Origin: Lytechinus pictus
Lineage: Eukaryota
Reading direction: 5' to 3'
Assembly: GCF_037042905.1 (NCBI RefSeq)
Contig: NC_087251.1
Coordinates: forward strand, 40,116,001-40,180,000
DNA length: 64,000 nucleotides
Shown here piece after piece: positions 29,211 to 42,003 of the stretch (position 1 is its first letter; each line of letters begins with the position of its first letter). Below the pieces are notes generated by a model, which was not told the DNA's origin, did not search any database, and saw only the letters and a program-made list of their open reading frames with translations. A program made the translations under genes and the position numbers.

Positions 29211-29706
29211 TTAATATAAAAAAATAGACTGAATTAGCTTAGAACTGCTATTCCTGCATTTGAAATAGCCTTAATCTCTTATTTAGAATATGAAATAAAA
29301 AAAATTATCATAAACTCTTTTTGTATCATAATAAATTATGAAACTGGATAGAACATAGTAATGATATTCATGGAAAATAAGTGTATATCAAGCTATTGTG
29401 CTGCATTACGCACATATTCAAATGGGGGGGGGGGGATCTTTGTGTTCAAGGTGGACACAAGTGAACTTTCAAGCAGCCTGCAAAAAACTAATGTCAAAGA
29501 AACTCTTGTATCTATTTTTTTTTCTATTTAACTTTTCTCATCTAAAATTCTGACAGTATGAAGAAGAAGATACCGTATTTCTTTTTTCATTTTGAGGATC
29601 AAATTTGTTATTTTGGCTATTTACAGAGAAGCTTCCCTGGCAACTTATTGTTGCTTTGTGGGTGGCTGGTCACATGAAAAAGCAATTACAAATAAAATCA
29701 GAGAAA

Positions 29707-30428
29707 AGGACTGGGCTATTTGAGACATAATGAGGACTGGGGGGGGGCATGATAGGCTTGATGGCCCCCCTTCTGATCTCGGCCGCCGTTTGCGCATTCT
29801 TTACCGCATAAACTACAAGCCAGTATAAAAAAAAAGAATTCTGAAAATAATTTTTTATTCATTATGAATAATATATGCAAATTTATTCGTGTAAACCATT
29901 ATTTGCATATTTAACACCAAATTTCACTTCAAATTTTCTCTTTTTTTCCAGATGTCATATTTGTAAACTAATTTAAAGGTTTCCTCAAAGAAAAATTGCG
30001 AAAGCCAATTTTTTCCTCATGTATTTCTTTGTTTTTAGAATTTATGTATTTCTTTGTTTTTTCATCTTTTGTTTTTCATTTTTTTTTTTAATGGAAATTA
30101 TTACAGACCACTTAACAACTAAGTTAAACTCTATATTAATTAGGCAGACCAATTAGAATGAAAAATAATCACACTTTTATGAATTTCATCTCCCACAGAC
30201 TTTGTACAGAAAGTATAAAAATTATCAATTTTTGGCATGACATTGTCTCGTAAAAAGTCACGTAGCGTCCCGATGCTATACCCGTAGGTCGCAAATTTGG
30301 TCTCAAAAGTTTTGCGAGACTTGAAAGAAAAAAGTCAAAAAATTTTGCGGAGCTACCTTTTGCGTTTCGGAAATATTGTGCAAAGCGTCGAGGGGGGCCA
30401 TCATGGCCCCCTCCCAGTCCTAATAGGG
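29707..30428 (-). mobile_element. piggyBac-type MITE, diverged relative
   Basis: Ends CCCAGTCCTAATAGGG-TTAA; interior similar to 8100-8823. Confidence 0.65.
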
Positions 30429-31455
30429 TTAAGGGGTATCACATAATTGGTGCAGAGCCATCCAGAAGCAAGTTAAGAGTCTAGGGCGAAAGATTGAAGA
30501 GAACTTCGGCAACTCAAATAAATGATGACCCTGGGATGGGTTAAATTCGCGCTTTCCAATTTTTGATTTCATTAATCCAGTACAGTATTATTATTGTGTG
30601 CATAAAGTAAACAAGCCTTTACGTTCCCCTTTAAACAATTATTCTACGACAAGTAGATCCAGGGTAAAAAACCAGAGATAAAATTCATTCGAGGAAAACT
30701 CTGGAAAACCTTTGGGTCCACTTTTGCGGAATAGTAAACACAAAATAAACACAATTACTAACTTCATGTAAACCGAGTTAACTCCACAAAAACCTACAAG
30801 CCCTAATTACCACACCATATTTATTATAAACCTCATGATACTTGGAAATCATTTGTAACCTTGTGCACATATTTTCTCCTAGTAATCATGCTCTACATTC
30901 TATGCATCCATTAATCAAACAACAGATAATTCAGATAATTTGGAAAGTCAGCAAATAATTAGGGACAGTGATTTTCTGTTTACCAGTAAATCAAAACGAA
31001 AAATCTGTTTTGGTTCTATACTTTTAGGGAGAAAACTCACTGCAAAATGGAATTCGTGCTTTTTATGTGTCCATTTTCTCAAAAACAAATTTCATTCTCG
31101 ATCAAGTTTGAAACAGAATAAAAGGTTTTAAGAAAGAGAAAAGGTCTTTTTTTTAAATTTAAACTGAAAATCACTGTTCAGAGATAATAGCTTGGACCTG
31201 CTCCTTTGAGATACACAAAAGTCATCATAAAATACCTAAAAATGGGTTCATGACAGTGTTGGAAAATTCACAAAATTGAACACTTTGGGGCGCTAATATT
31301 GTCTAAAAATAAATTTTCTACATACAGCAGAATGATGAGAAATGCTTTTGCAGCGTAAGTGCTTGTTGCAAAAAATGTAGCTCTTAATATGAAAGAAATA
31401 GCCCCAAAAAGTCAGCAATCACCCCCATTGTGGAAAAAAATAGCCCCTAAAAAAT

Positions 31456-32128
31456 AACAAGTGGAATGCCTCTGGCGGTCTCACCTGCATCACGCAATTC
31501 AATATAGCAGCAGTGCTGTCTTTGAAAACTACTATCAAATAATTATTCACAAAAAACACCATTCATATGATACAATACTACGTTCATTGACATTTGACCT
31601 TGATCATGTGATCTAAAACTTGTCAGTGAAACTTGATTACCCCTATATCCACACTTTATACACTATATCTATAAACTTTGAAAGTTATGACAGCAATCTA
31701 ATAATTACCTCTAAAATTACCAAAGTTCAATGACCTTAAATGACCTTTGACTTTGGTCATGTGACCTGAAACTTGCACAGATGTTCAGTGATACATGATT
31801 ACTCCTATGTCCAAGTTTCATGAATCAGATCCATAAACTTATAAAGTTATAATGGTAATTCAACAGATACCCCCACTATGGCCAAAGTTCATTGACCCTA
31901 AATGACCTTTGACCTTAGTCATGTGACATGAAACTCAAGCAGGATGTTCAGTAATACTTGATAAACCTTGTCCAAGTTTCATGAACTAGGTCCATATATT
32001 TTCTAAGTTATGATGACATTTCAAAAACTTAACCTTAGGTTAAGATTTGGTGTTGACGCCGACGCCGCCGCCGTCGGAAAAGCGGCGGGTGCCTATAGTC
32101 TCACTCTGCTATGCAGGTGAGACAAAAA
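31456..32128 (-). mobile_element. Helentron-associated element (HINE-like) with satellite array
   Basis: Subterminal GTCTCAC..GTGAGAC inverted repeat, (GCC)n microsatellite, GACCTTTGAC-containing tandem units, opposite end ACAAGTGGAATGCCTCTGG. Confidence 0.7.
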
Positions 32129-35100
32129 CCATTTCCCATCCTGGTTCATAAGTAGCGAATGCAGATAGTCTTTTAAATCAGCATTTGGTTCGTTCAATTT
32201 GATTTACATGGTGGAAATTTCCATGTTAAGTACATAAGTGGAGCACCAAAAACAGAGCGTGTATAATGTCTGGTGTCAAAGTAACAGTCCCTGGTAGTCA
32301 TCTCTCTCAGAGATAAGAAAAAGAGGTATTTACAAAACAGGTTCCTTTGTTGTATGTTTCAAAGGATATAACATTTGGTCTTTCTTTACAGGTGGATTAC
32401 ACATCATGTCCATGTATGTACCAACAAACGATCGCACCAGACATTCAGTGCAGATGAAGATGTCAAGATTGGTGTCACATCTTTAGCTCTGGAAGACTTT
32501 CCCAGATAGGGGGTGCATCCATGTTGTACACCGAGTGACATGACTGCAAGTATAAGGAGAAAGAACAAAACATTATTCGAAGTTCTAACAATATATCCTG
32601 TATAAAAATTGTACTGTGACACATCTACATAGGATTTAATACAATTTTGCATTTAGGACAAATGTACTACCGCTAGACTACACTGAAACAAAATTTAATT
32701 TGGGGATTTGCATCAATTCATTGACATCATCAAAAACATCTTGCTAATTAACTCGATTACATTGTATCTAGTTCTCATATGTGCATATTGCAGCATAAGG
32801 CATGATGTTTACACACATATATTTCCAACATTGAAAAATAATTTCTCCAAAATGTTTTCTGCTAAAAAGAGCCTCTTTGATGAAGAAGTACACTGTGTCA
32901 TAACTGAAATCATACATCATCTAAAATCACTCTACCTAGTCATGGTTCATTTATCGGTACATCAATCTAAATCTGTAAAATCATGAAATATTGGCTGAAA
33001 ATGATTACACTCAAGATCACAAACACAGATAAGCACAGGTGGTACAGTGTATCATCATTGCTTGGGAAAAAAAGAAGACCCAATGCCTGCCTGGAATGCC
33101 TTTTTATTCTGTCCATTTCTCACCAATTACACATTTTTCTACAAGAATCATCTGGTACATATTTGTTCCTTGTCAAATACATACAAACACTTGGGTGGTC
33201 ATTTTATTGGATTCTGTTTGAACTCATTTATATGTTGTCACTAGAACTGGGCATTTATGTTTAAGCAAAGCTGGTTTAAGAACCAATCTCACTATATGTT
33301 GAGCTAACAATGTGATACGGATCATTCTTGTTATAAAGTCCAATTAGGTGTTATGGAAGGTGATCGCAATCGTGCTTGCAAACTAACACCAAACTTGAAA
33401 TCACTCAATATTGCATTATTGGCATTCCATAATTAAGATTTATTTCAATGAACTGCAACTATCTTTATTTCCCTATACTCACTTTACATAGCACTGTCAT
33501 CTATCAGCTGTGTAAGCCTCCTCTCAGCCATGAGGTAAAGCTGTGAACCAAAGAAAAGTAACAACTTAATTATTCCAGTCCTTGTAAGATGAAAAAGTAA
33601 TCAAGTTTAAATAAAAAAGGTGATTGCAAAAGTAAACTTCACTGTACTGAAACCCGATACAATGCATACATGTAGCTCCTATCAATGGCTGACCAAAGAG
33701 TTACTACGGTGACAGACCACTCCCATCTACGTTTCATGGAAGACATACGATTGAAGGCAGTGACTGGATTTGGTTTATAATAATGTGAGGATAAGATTAG
33801 GTTCAGAATTATGATTAATCAAAATGAACAATTTTTTCAAAATTAAAGGAAAAATGAAATTATTTTATTTGAGAATAAAATCCAAAGTTCATTGGCCTAA
33901 AATAACATTTGACCATGACTTGAAAACATGCTATTCTTTTACTATCATTTGTAAAAGTTTCAGGTGAACTTTCATGACAGAATATAATTATTGATATCAA
34001 ATATTAAACCATCTCACACAAAGAAATTGAATACTTTATCAAAGTGATTTGAGGCCCGACATTGCACAGCAGGTTGCCTCTATGGGGAATTAATCAGATT
34101 TTGGCCATTGTTAAATATGCCCTGATATTGCACCAAAAAAACATTTATAAAAAATAAGTATTTTTAATGCACTGCTACAATGCCCCATAGAGATAAAAAT
34201 AATAAACATTGCACAACTTACCACTGGATCTCACAGCATATTTCTGATAATTTTCTTGACCTTTGACCGAGTTTGTCGAGTCCATCTTCCAGTGGTGACA
34301 AGACATTTGCTCCTGCAACAGTTGCTCCGAACTTCGTTTTATGTAAGATGTAGGGTTAGGTTTGCAATAGGGTCCTATGTTAGGTTTAGGGTAGGGTATA
34401 GCGTTAAACCCAGGGTTGAAGTTAGTCATTTGTTTAGTGTGTAGAATTTAAAACAAGAGCAATTGTTGCTGGAGCAAAAGTCATGGAATCCCTCCAGCAC
34501 AACAATGACTTCTTCCTAACCTTGTCCATATTGCTTGCTTCATGTTAGGTGACTTCTGAGGACTTCCAGATAAACCCTTGATTTCAGGACTTTGCTCTCT
34601 TGGATAGCACTTTGTGCCTGCTGCAGAGAGAAAATGTTAATTCAAGACAAAATTTAATTCTTACTATTCAGTATTGAATTTGAAAAATGAAAGAAATCCT
34701 CTCAAAGTGATTGCGAAATTATGTTTAAAATGCATTGCCAATCCAAAATTTCACAATTTTGGATTTCAAGAATGTTTATGCTCTTCACAATCCCTTTCTT
34801 GTGCAGACAGAAGAGCTTCTTGTGCAAAGAAAAGTTTCTTGATACAGGTAACAGTATTATAAACTATAAATTCAGTTTTGACTTTCTGATATTGAATATA
34901 ACAGATAGAGCTATCAATGGAACCCTGACTAAAAAGTTCTTGCATTCCCCTAACCCCTTTGTATACAGCTAAAAACCCCTTGATTAAGTATTCAACTTGG
35001 ATTTGAATTAAATGAAGAGAGAAAGAAAATAAAAGCACAATTTAAAAAAGCTAAATGTTGTGTGAAAAAGTATGCTCTCTGCTGGCATTAAAACACAGAT

Positions 35101-35269
35101 AGCGTTATGTGTACATGTACCTATTCGTGTCATGGCAATCACACCCGTTCATCTTGCTTTTAGTTTGTTAAGTATACACACCAAAAATGAACTTCAACTA
35201 GGACTAGTCCTGGCTCTCAAAAGGAACAAAGAAGAAGTTACAGCAGGGTTTGTGAAACCATGGTCATGG

Positions 35270-36320
35270 TGACAACAGAAAGGAGGCTTCAGTTTGGACA
35301 AATGCAAGAACTCCAAGCTGAAGACCCACAGTCGTTCAAAAGGTACCTGAGAATTACCCCAGTTATATTCATCTAGTACATCATCGAATCCAGAAGCAGT
35401 TTACATAGTTCGGAAGAACTATCACTGCATGCCTGAAGCTGGCCATGAGGTTCAGGTACATGCCAACTGCTGATACCTACATTTCATTGTCATTTGACTT
35501 CTGGACATCATCTGAATCAATATCCCCTTTCGTACCCGAGGTCTGCAGGGCCACTGCAGCTGAATACAAGGAAGTACTACCCTGCCCCCCTAACCCCAGT
35601 AGGATGGCTCGAAACAAAGGTGGAATATACCCCATGCTTTGGGAGCATTAGATGGCAAGCACATAGCCATCAAGAAACTAGATCACTCCGAAAGCCTTTA
35701 TCACAATTATAAAGGTTTCACTAACATTGTCCTCATGGCACTGGTGAACAGTAAGTACAAGTTCATTTGGTTTGACACCAGAGGATTGGACCAATCCGAC
35801 CAACAATCCGATGCGCAGATCTATAACAACTGCAAATGGGATGACAGCATCAAAGACGATAGCATTGGGTTCCCAGATCTATCACCAATCCTGAACGACT
35901 GCAGGACACTTTTAAATGTTTTCCATTACTTAAGGATGACATCTTTCTTATGAGAAACACAATGACAAGACCTTACAGGCATGCCAATGTCACACATCAG
36001 CAGAAGATCTTCAATTACCATCTCTCACAAAAGGAGATGAGTTGACAAGAACTTTCAATGATTGAGTGAAAGAACACTTCAAACTCCAAAGATTATGAGG
36101 ACTATAGCCACTGCTTGTATTTCCTTCATAACCTTACGATAATGGGGAATGCCAATTTGGATTTTGGCCAGATGTATGCAGAAGATGAAGTCTACAACCT
36201 TGTTCCAGGGGCATGGAGGGATAAGCACAGATGGAAGAGGTAGGCCGAGCAGTTGAACGTGGTAACATCAACAATGTGGCAGAGAGGTAACAAAGAGAGG
36301 ACCCAGCAACTTGCCTGTAT
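35270..36320 (+). mobile_element. PIF/Harbinger DDE transposase, decayed
   Basis: GALDGKHIAIKK...LYHNYKGFTNIVLMALVNSKYKFIWFD...SDAQIYNN and downstream IFNYHLS are HARBI1-family motifs; multiple frameshifts. Confidence 0.9.
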
Positions 36321-36439
36321 TAGTGTTGCAAAATTCCCGTTAATTTTTGTGGTGGAAACTTTCCATGGGAATAAACAGGAATTTGTGGGAAGATTGGGAA
36401 TTTCGGACAATCTTGGGGAATTTTCAAAAAACAACTACA

Positions 36440-36720
36440 TTCACTTCTTTATACCTATAAACTATAACAGGTTCATGGAAGCAACACACCCCAACAGATT
36501 TGGTAGAGATACGTGGACGACACATTAGTAATCAATTGTGACCATATCTACAAATTCACCGATTATATCAACAACATTGACCAAAACTTCACTCTTGACG
36601 AAGAAGTTCAGAGGTCATTCAACTTCTGGGACACGATGGTCTGTGTAAACAATGATCCAATTATAATCCATCAGTGTTTACAGGAAACCAGCCTGTACTG
36701 AATCATATTTGAATATTTGA
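36440..36720 (+). mobile_element. Penelope-like element RT fragment
   Basis: W*RYVDDTLV...FTDYINNID..FTLDEE...FNFWDTMV, then (frameshifted) VYRKPACTESYLN; PLE RT motifs. Confidence 0.75.
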
Positions 36721-36729
36721 ATTTGCTTA

Positions 36730-38075
36730 TAGAGAAGGTAGAGGAGTAGACGATGCAATTTTGACATTTCTACATAATGTATATAATCACTTGGATTACG
36801 CAGGTAATTCTGTTAGATGCTTATTCATTGATTTTTCAAGTGCTTTCAATACAATTGTACTGCATATATTTGCTAACAAGCTTGTAGAGATGAAAGCACA
36901 TCCTACCCTTATTTTATGGATTCAAGATTTTCAAACGAAAGACAACAATATGTTCACATGGGAAACGTAAACTCTCATGTCAGATCTATTAGTATTGGAG
37001 CGCCCCAAGGCTGTGTTCTTTCCCCAGTGTTATTTTCTATCTACACAAGTAATTGTAAGAGTGTATTGCCAAATTGCCACATCACAAAGTATGCCGATGA
37101 TAGGGTAATTTTGGGCTATATATCAGATATAAGAAAAGAAAATGAGTATGTCAGTTGCGTAAATTGGTTTGTAGAGTGGTGTGAACGCCACTACCTCAAA
37201 TTGAATGTCTGAAAGACAAAGGAAATGGTCATAGATTTCTGGAGAAATCCACAAGCAAGACAGCAGATTATTATTCAAGGGTCAGAAATTGAAAGAGTGC
37301 AAACTTATGAATATCTGGGAACAACTGTATGTGAATTTCTCAACCGGTCACCAAATGTCACCCTTTTTAGGAAAAAGTGCAATCAGAGAATGTATTTCCT
37401 GAGAATGATGAGAAAAATGCACGTAGATAAAACTATACTAATTCTCTTTTACAGATCACTAATTGAAAGTGTCGCTACATACAACATCATCTGCTATTTT
37501 TGTAATGCAACGCAGGCAGATATAAAAAAAAAAAGCTAGACAGAACAAGGGGAGTAGCCCAACGTATAATTGGATGCAATGATTTAGATTCGATGACCAT
37601 TCTATATGAGGAAAGAGTAGTGGCTAAAGTAAAAAAGAATCATGAATTACCCCACCCATCCACTCCATTATAACTATAACTACAATAGGTAGAGTTTTCG
37701 CCTTTGCGTACCGAGATCTGCCCGAGCAAGGACGAGACAATCTTTCACCCCAAACTCGGTCCACCTCTTAAACGCTACTGCACAAAGATACTGATCAATT
37801 TGACAATTAGCCACCGAATGAGTGTATGCCCGGATTCTTGATTCTTTACACTTTAATCTCTATTCAGAAGTTATTATTGTTACAAGATTTTGACCATGTA
37901 AACCCTACGTTTAAATTATGTTTAAATTAAGTTTATTATTCCTGCTGACTTGTTGATTTATTCATATTTGTCATCTCATTTGTAAACTTCATTTCCTTGT
38001 AAGCATTATTTTGTATTTGTAATGCACCAGTGAAAGGCAAATTTCCCGTCAGGGGATAATAAAGTTATCAATTCA
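36730..38075 (+). mobile_element. 5'-truncated Rex1/Babar (L2-group) LINE, decayed
   Basis: VRCLFIDFSSAFNTI, GAPQGCVLSPVLFSIYT, KYADD, TKEMVIDF, QRMYFLR, FYRSLIESV; 3' UTR with AATAAA near 38058. Confidence 0.9.
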
Positions 38076-39241
38076 ATAAGTAATAATCAACACCGCACTT
38101 ACTTTATACTGACTCTTGTAACAGACTGGGTTTCTTTCAAGGTCATACCCATTAATGGTTGATTGTTGACAGCTACCAGCTTGTCTAATTTAGGAATTCT
38201 ATTATGTAACATTTGTACAAGTCTTAAGAGGGTTTATAATCATGTTTACTCAATGTCAAAAAACTTGATAGCATGATAACAAAGATAGGATATCTAATTA
38301 TGATTACAATATCTTGATAGATTTATCATTTCTTCTTCTTCTTTGATCTCTTTTTTTTTCTTTCTCTTAAACATAATAACTCTTGTATCTTTGTATCTTT
38401 CTGAATGACTTTCTGACAGTCTTTTGTTTTTTTTACCTTCTTCATTTGGTAAGATAGATATTCATTTTCTTTATAAACAAAATTTGTAACGCATTCAATC
38501 ATCTTCATACAAATTCCTTTCAAGAACAAATTCCTTTTAAGGAACAAATTCCTTTATTCCTTTCAAGGACAGTTGACAACTTACAAAACCAACATTTCAC
38601 ACAGGAATTTAAAATATGGGAGTAGTCCCTTCATCGTTTGGGACTTAAATTTTCGTACTCGACCCTCAGTAGTACGAACTCTCGGTGGAATCGAACCCCA
38701 AAGTTCCTGGGGGTACCCTCGGTGAGCACTTCGAAGGAATGAGATATTGCTGAGCAAATTTTTGGACTCTCTTTACCGCCTTGGACGTGCGATGCGATTA
38801 ACCAAAGAATCCGAAACCGGTGCATCGAATTCCGTTGCGCCTTTGTACAGGTCGCAATCAACAGGGAGGACCACTGCATCTTCAGGCCTTTCGACAGAGT
38901 TTAAATCAATGTCAGGGTCATAACTGTCGGCCCTGCCGGGCGATGTCCAGACGGATGTACAGATGGATGTGTTGTAGCATGGAGCTACTCCAACGTTATT
39001 ATCCGTGCTTGGCACGTGGGGTTGTCTCACTCTTAGTCTTGGACACAACGTCCATGAACCGAGACATTTTCAGCTAAACCGACTGACCGACCAGCTTGTC
39101 CTCCAGAGTTTCCCCCTTTCTTGCTCTCAGCATTTTGATGGTATCTCCGGGCTCCTCTGACTGCATGCTGGTAGAAAATAATGTGTCCTAACTGCCACGG
39201 CACAAATGAAAAGATGCTTGCCCGTCCTATCGACTACTACT

Positions 39242-39400
39242 TGTTTCAAGTTATATTATGAGTCAGAAACAAACAGAATTACACAGCTTCTGTATGGTCG
39301 AGAGAGTAGCAGTTAATAAGTACTAAACGTTTGTAGCGCCCTCTTTTGGCAGGATCATTACATGCTCCTCAAATCTCATAGACATGCATATATTGTAACA
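39242..39400 (-). mobile_element. Gypsy 3' LTR (left boundary approximate)
   Basis: Minus-strand polypurine tract AAAGAAGGGAGGA (39413-39401) immediately followed by TGTTACA. Confidence 0.65.
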
Positions 39401-39809
39401 TCCTCCCTTCTTTGAGCTTTGTGCTAGAGAGAATGTAGATAATTTAAAAAAAATATCAGTGATAAACCAAACAATTAATGTATGTAAATATTTCCAAAAT
39501 ATAAAACCAAATACCAGTTTATGAGACTTTCACATTTTTGTAGTTGCAGAAAAAGAATTGAGTTCAAAACAGTTCTTCCAGTTGCAAACAAAATGTTTTA
39601 AAAGTCCAGGTTAAATTGTCCAGGTTGATTTCACAAAATAAAAAGTCCAGATAGATGAGTTGATGAAAGAGTTGGTTGTTGGTTCAGTTCTGACTTCAAA
39701 AATTGCTTGATTAAAAAAAAAAAAGTTGTTTAAGAAATGTTAGTGTTCAGTTTGTTTATTTCAGCATTCACTCTCTTTTCTGCTTTGGTTTAAATGTTCA
39801 AAACGTAAC

Positions 39810-40378
39810 AAAATCACTCATCTTAAGCGGTTCGCGTCGCTGACGTCTAGATCTTCTCAGGGAAGCTGGGTTGGTTGCTTCTGTTTCTGAGGTATTCAAG
39901 TTTGTATTTCTTGCCAGTAACAGGATTTCTGGTTATCACCTTACACTTGCCAATAGCCTGAGTTGTAGCTTTATTCCACATAGATAGACGGATGTTTGCA
40001 CTCTGAACTACATCCTCCTCTTTTAGATACTTTTGTGGTAGAAGATTCACTGTTGCACCTGAGTCCAGCTGGAATGGTACCGTCTGATTGTTGATAAGCA
40101 TGTTACAGATAATTGGCTCTTTGTCCATATCCACTGCATTAATTTGCACAAAACTAATGCTTTCAGCTGAGGATGAGTAGTCATCATCTCCGACATGGTG
40201 AACATTCCTGGTCTTGCACACTGAAGATTGCTTGAAGTGATTAGGCTTACTGCAAGCTTTGCACTTTTGTCCCCATGCTGGACAGGACTCTTTTTTCATC
40301 TCATGAACCCTGTTACAGAACTTGCACTTCTTAACCTCTGATTTACCTTTCTGTAGATCTTTCCCCTTTGGTTTCTGC
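39810..40378 (-). mobile_element. Gypsy gag C-terminus and aspartic protease joined to the pol C-terminal tail
   Basis: CKFCNRVH...CPAWGQKCKACSKPNHF..C knuckles and FQLDSGATVNLLP protease motif; then, in another frame, LRRSRRQRREPLKMSDF*; no RT, RNase H or integrase core. Confidence 0.9.
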
Positions 40379-42003
40379 CACTCCTCATCCCGACCATTCG
40401 CCATACAGCAAAAGGTAGGGGATGGGACTAGAGGTATGTGAGGTGTAGTCATAGACAAAATTCTTAATAAAAATGTAAAAGTAAGAGAGTTTGACTTACC
40501 AGTCTTTCCCCCCGAACAAAATGTTGATCTTCCTTCCGTTGTTGCTGTAATTTATCTTGGAATCAACGATATATTGTCATTTATCGCAAGACTCTTTGAA
40601 ATATCGTTGGAATGTATCGGGAAATTTGTCATCCTCAGCAGCGCATAGACTTCTACGTAGAGGATGTAACGAGCCCTCTTGTGCTCAATTAAAGAAAGCT
40701 AACGGAAGCGACCACACCACTGACCTCTACAGAGCTGTATAAAGATGCTTCTCACCACAGATACCTGTTTCCGGTGATGCTTCTATTTCGAAGCTCCGAG
40801 ATCCAGTGATAGTAGTCTCTTTCTCCCCTGACACTCGATATTAAAAAAAAATATTTTATACACAAGAATAATTGTTGTAGCGCCATCAGCTTTGTTTATT
40901 CTGCAATGAACTGTATCTTGTCGTATGGTGAAAGGAAATATGATGCTTTTTTTTGGGGGGGGGGGTTATTGCTTCTTCTTTTGATCCCTCTCTTTTTGTT
41001 GAGTACTATCATTGTAAGGGTTATTAATATTATTTTGGTTTTTCTATTACTTTTCATATTGTTGTTGAATATTCATTTTCATCATCATATCCCTTTTGTA
41101 AGCCCCCATTTTGTACTGCCCTGGAATTAGTATGGGTGAAGGGTGAAATATAAAAAGAATGAAAAGGGGCAAGGAACTCAAGTGATAAAACAGAACATAA
41201 TTACGTTCCAATTTTTTTTTATTGAGTTTCTTTTATTTATCCCCTTGAAAGCCATAGAACAGATTTGTTTTGCATTCATTTTATGTGATAATTTGTAAAA
41301 AAATTTAATTTCATTTGATTGAAATAAATAAAATTATCTTGAAACTTCCCCGCCTTCCCCCTTGAAAATTTGTATCTGCCCCTAAATAGGCCTTTGTGGT
41401 AAGAGATTTTTTATTTTATTTATTTTTTGATGAAAATCCTTTAGGTTTGGAGTTTAAATCAATGAAACAAACTTGAAAATTCATACTGTAAAGCGAGGAT
41501 TGATTGTCTTGATTGAGGCTATTGTGACTTCCTTACCAGAATGCATTAAAAGCAAGTCTGTTCGTCGAAACCTCAGAGGTCAGTGGTCCAAACGGGTTGA
41601 TAAGCATCTATGGTTTCGTGAGATCTTTATTCTTTTTTGATTTGTCACTGTCAAACACCATAGACGTAATGGAGGCAGCTGGATGAGGTTCACGTAGAGA
41701 AATCGGTGAATTTTTATTCATTTTTTATATCATATTGATGACTTAAATCACTATTCCGTCAAAATAACAATTTAGAGAGTAAAAAGGCCCTAAGCTTTCG
41801 ATCCTAGCAGAATATTCGTCGGAGGCAAAATGACAAACATATAAAGTGGAACAATTTGAATAAAGACATCAGTCCAAGTTTGCATTGATTCGCGATGCTT
41901 TGGACAAGGGATGGGGGGAAATGAGCAATGTATATTTTAACTATTGCACGGTATAGTGCCGAGAACGAGGTTAAATATTATAACCTCGTTCGTAGGATGA
42001 GTG
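40379..42003. mobile_element. Non-autonomous DNA-transposon-like insertion splitting gag
   Basis: TGGTTTCTGC repeated at 40369-40378 and 42002-42011; ends CACTCCTCATCC / GGATGAGTG; removing it rejoins gag. Confidence 0.7.
41788..41826 (-). ncRNA. Minimal type I hammerhead-ribozyme-like motif (Penelope-like terminal repeat fragment)
   Basis: Minus strand GCCT CCGACGA ATATTC-TGCTA-GGATC GAAAGCTT AGGG; the core reads CCGA instead of CUGA. Confidence 0.45.

Noticed and set aside
34300..34490. TAGGGTTAGG as an interstitial telomere
   Set aside because: Short degenerate units inside a small interspersed repeat; not a (TTAGGG)n array.
38326..38547. Lysine-rich minus-strand ORF
   Set aside because: Low complexity, no recognisable motif and no splice support.
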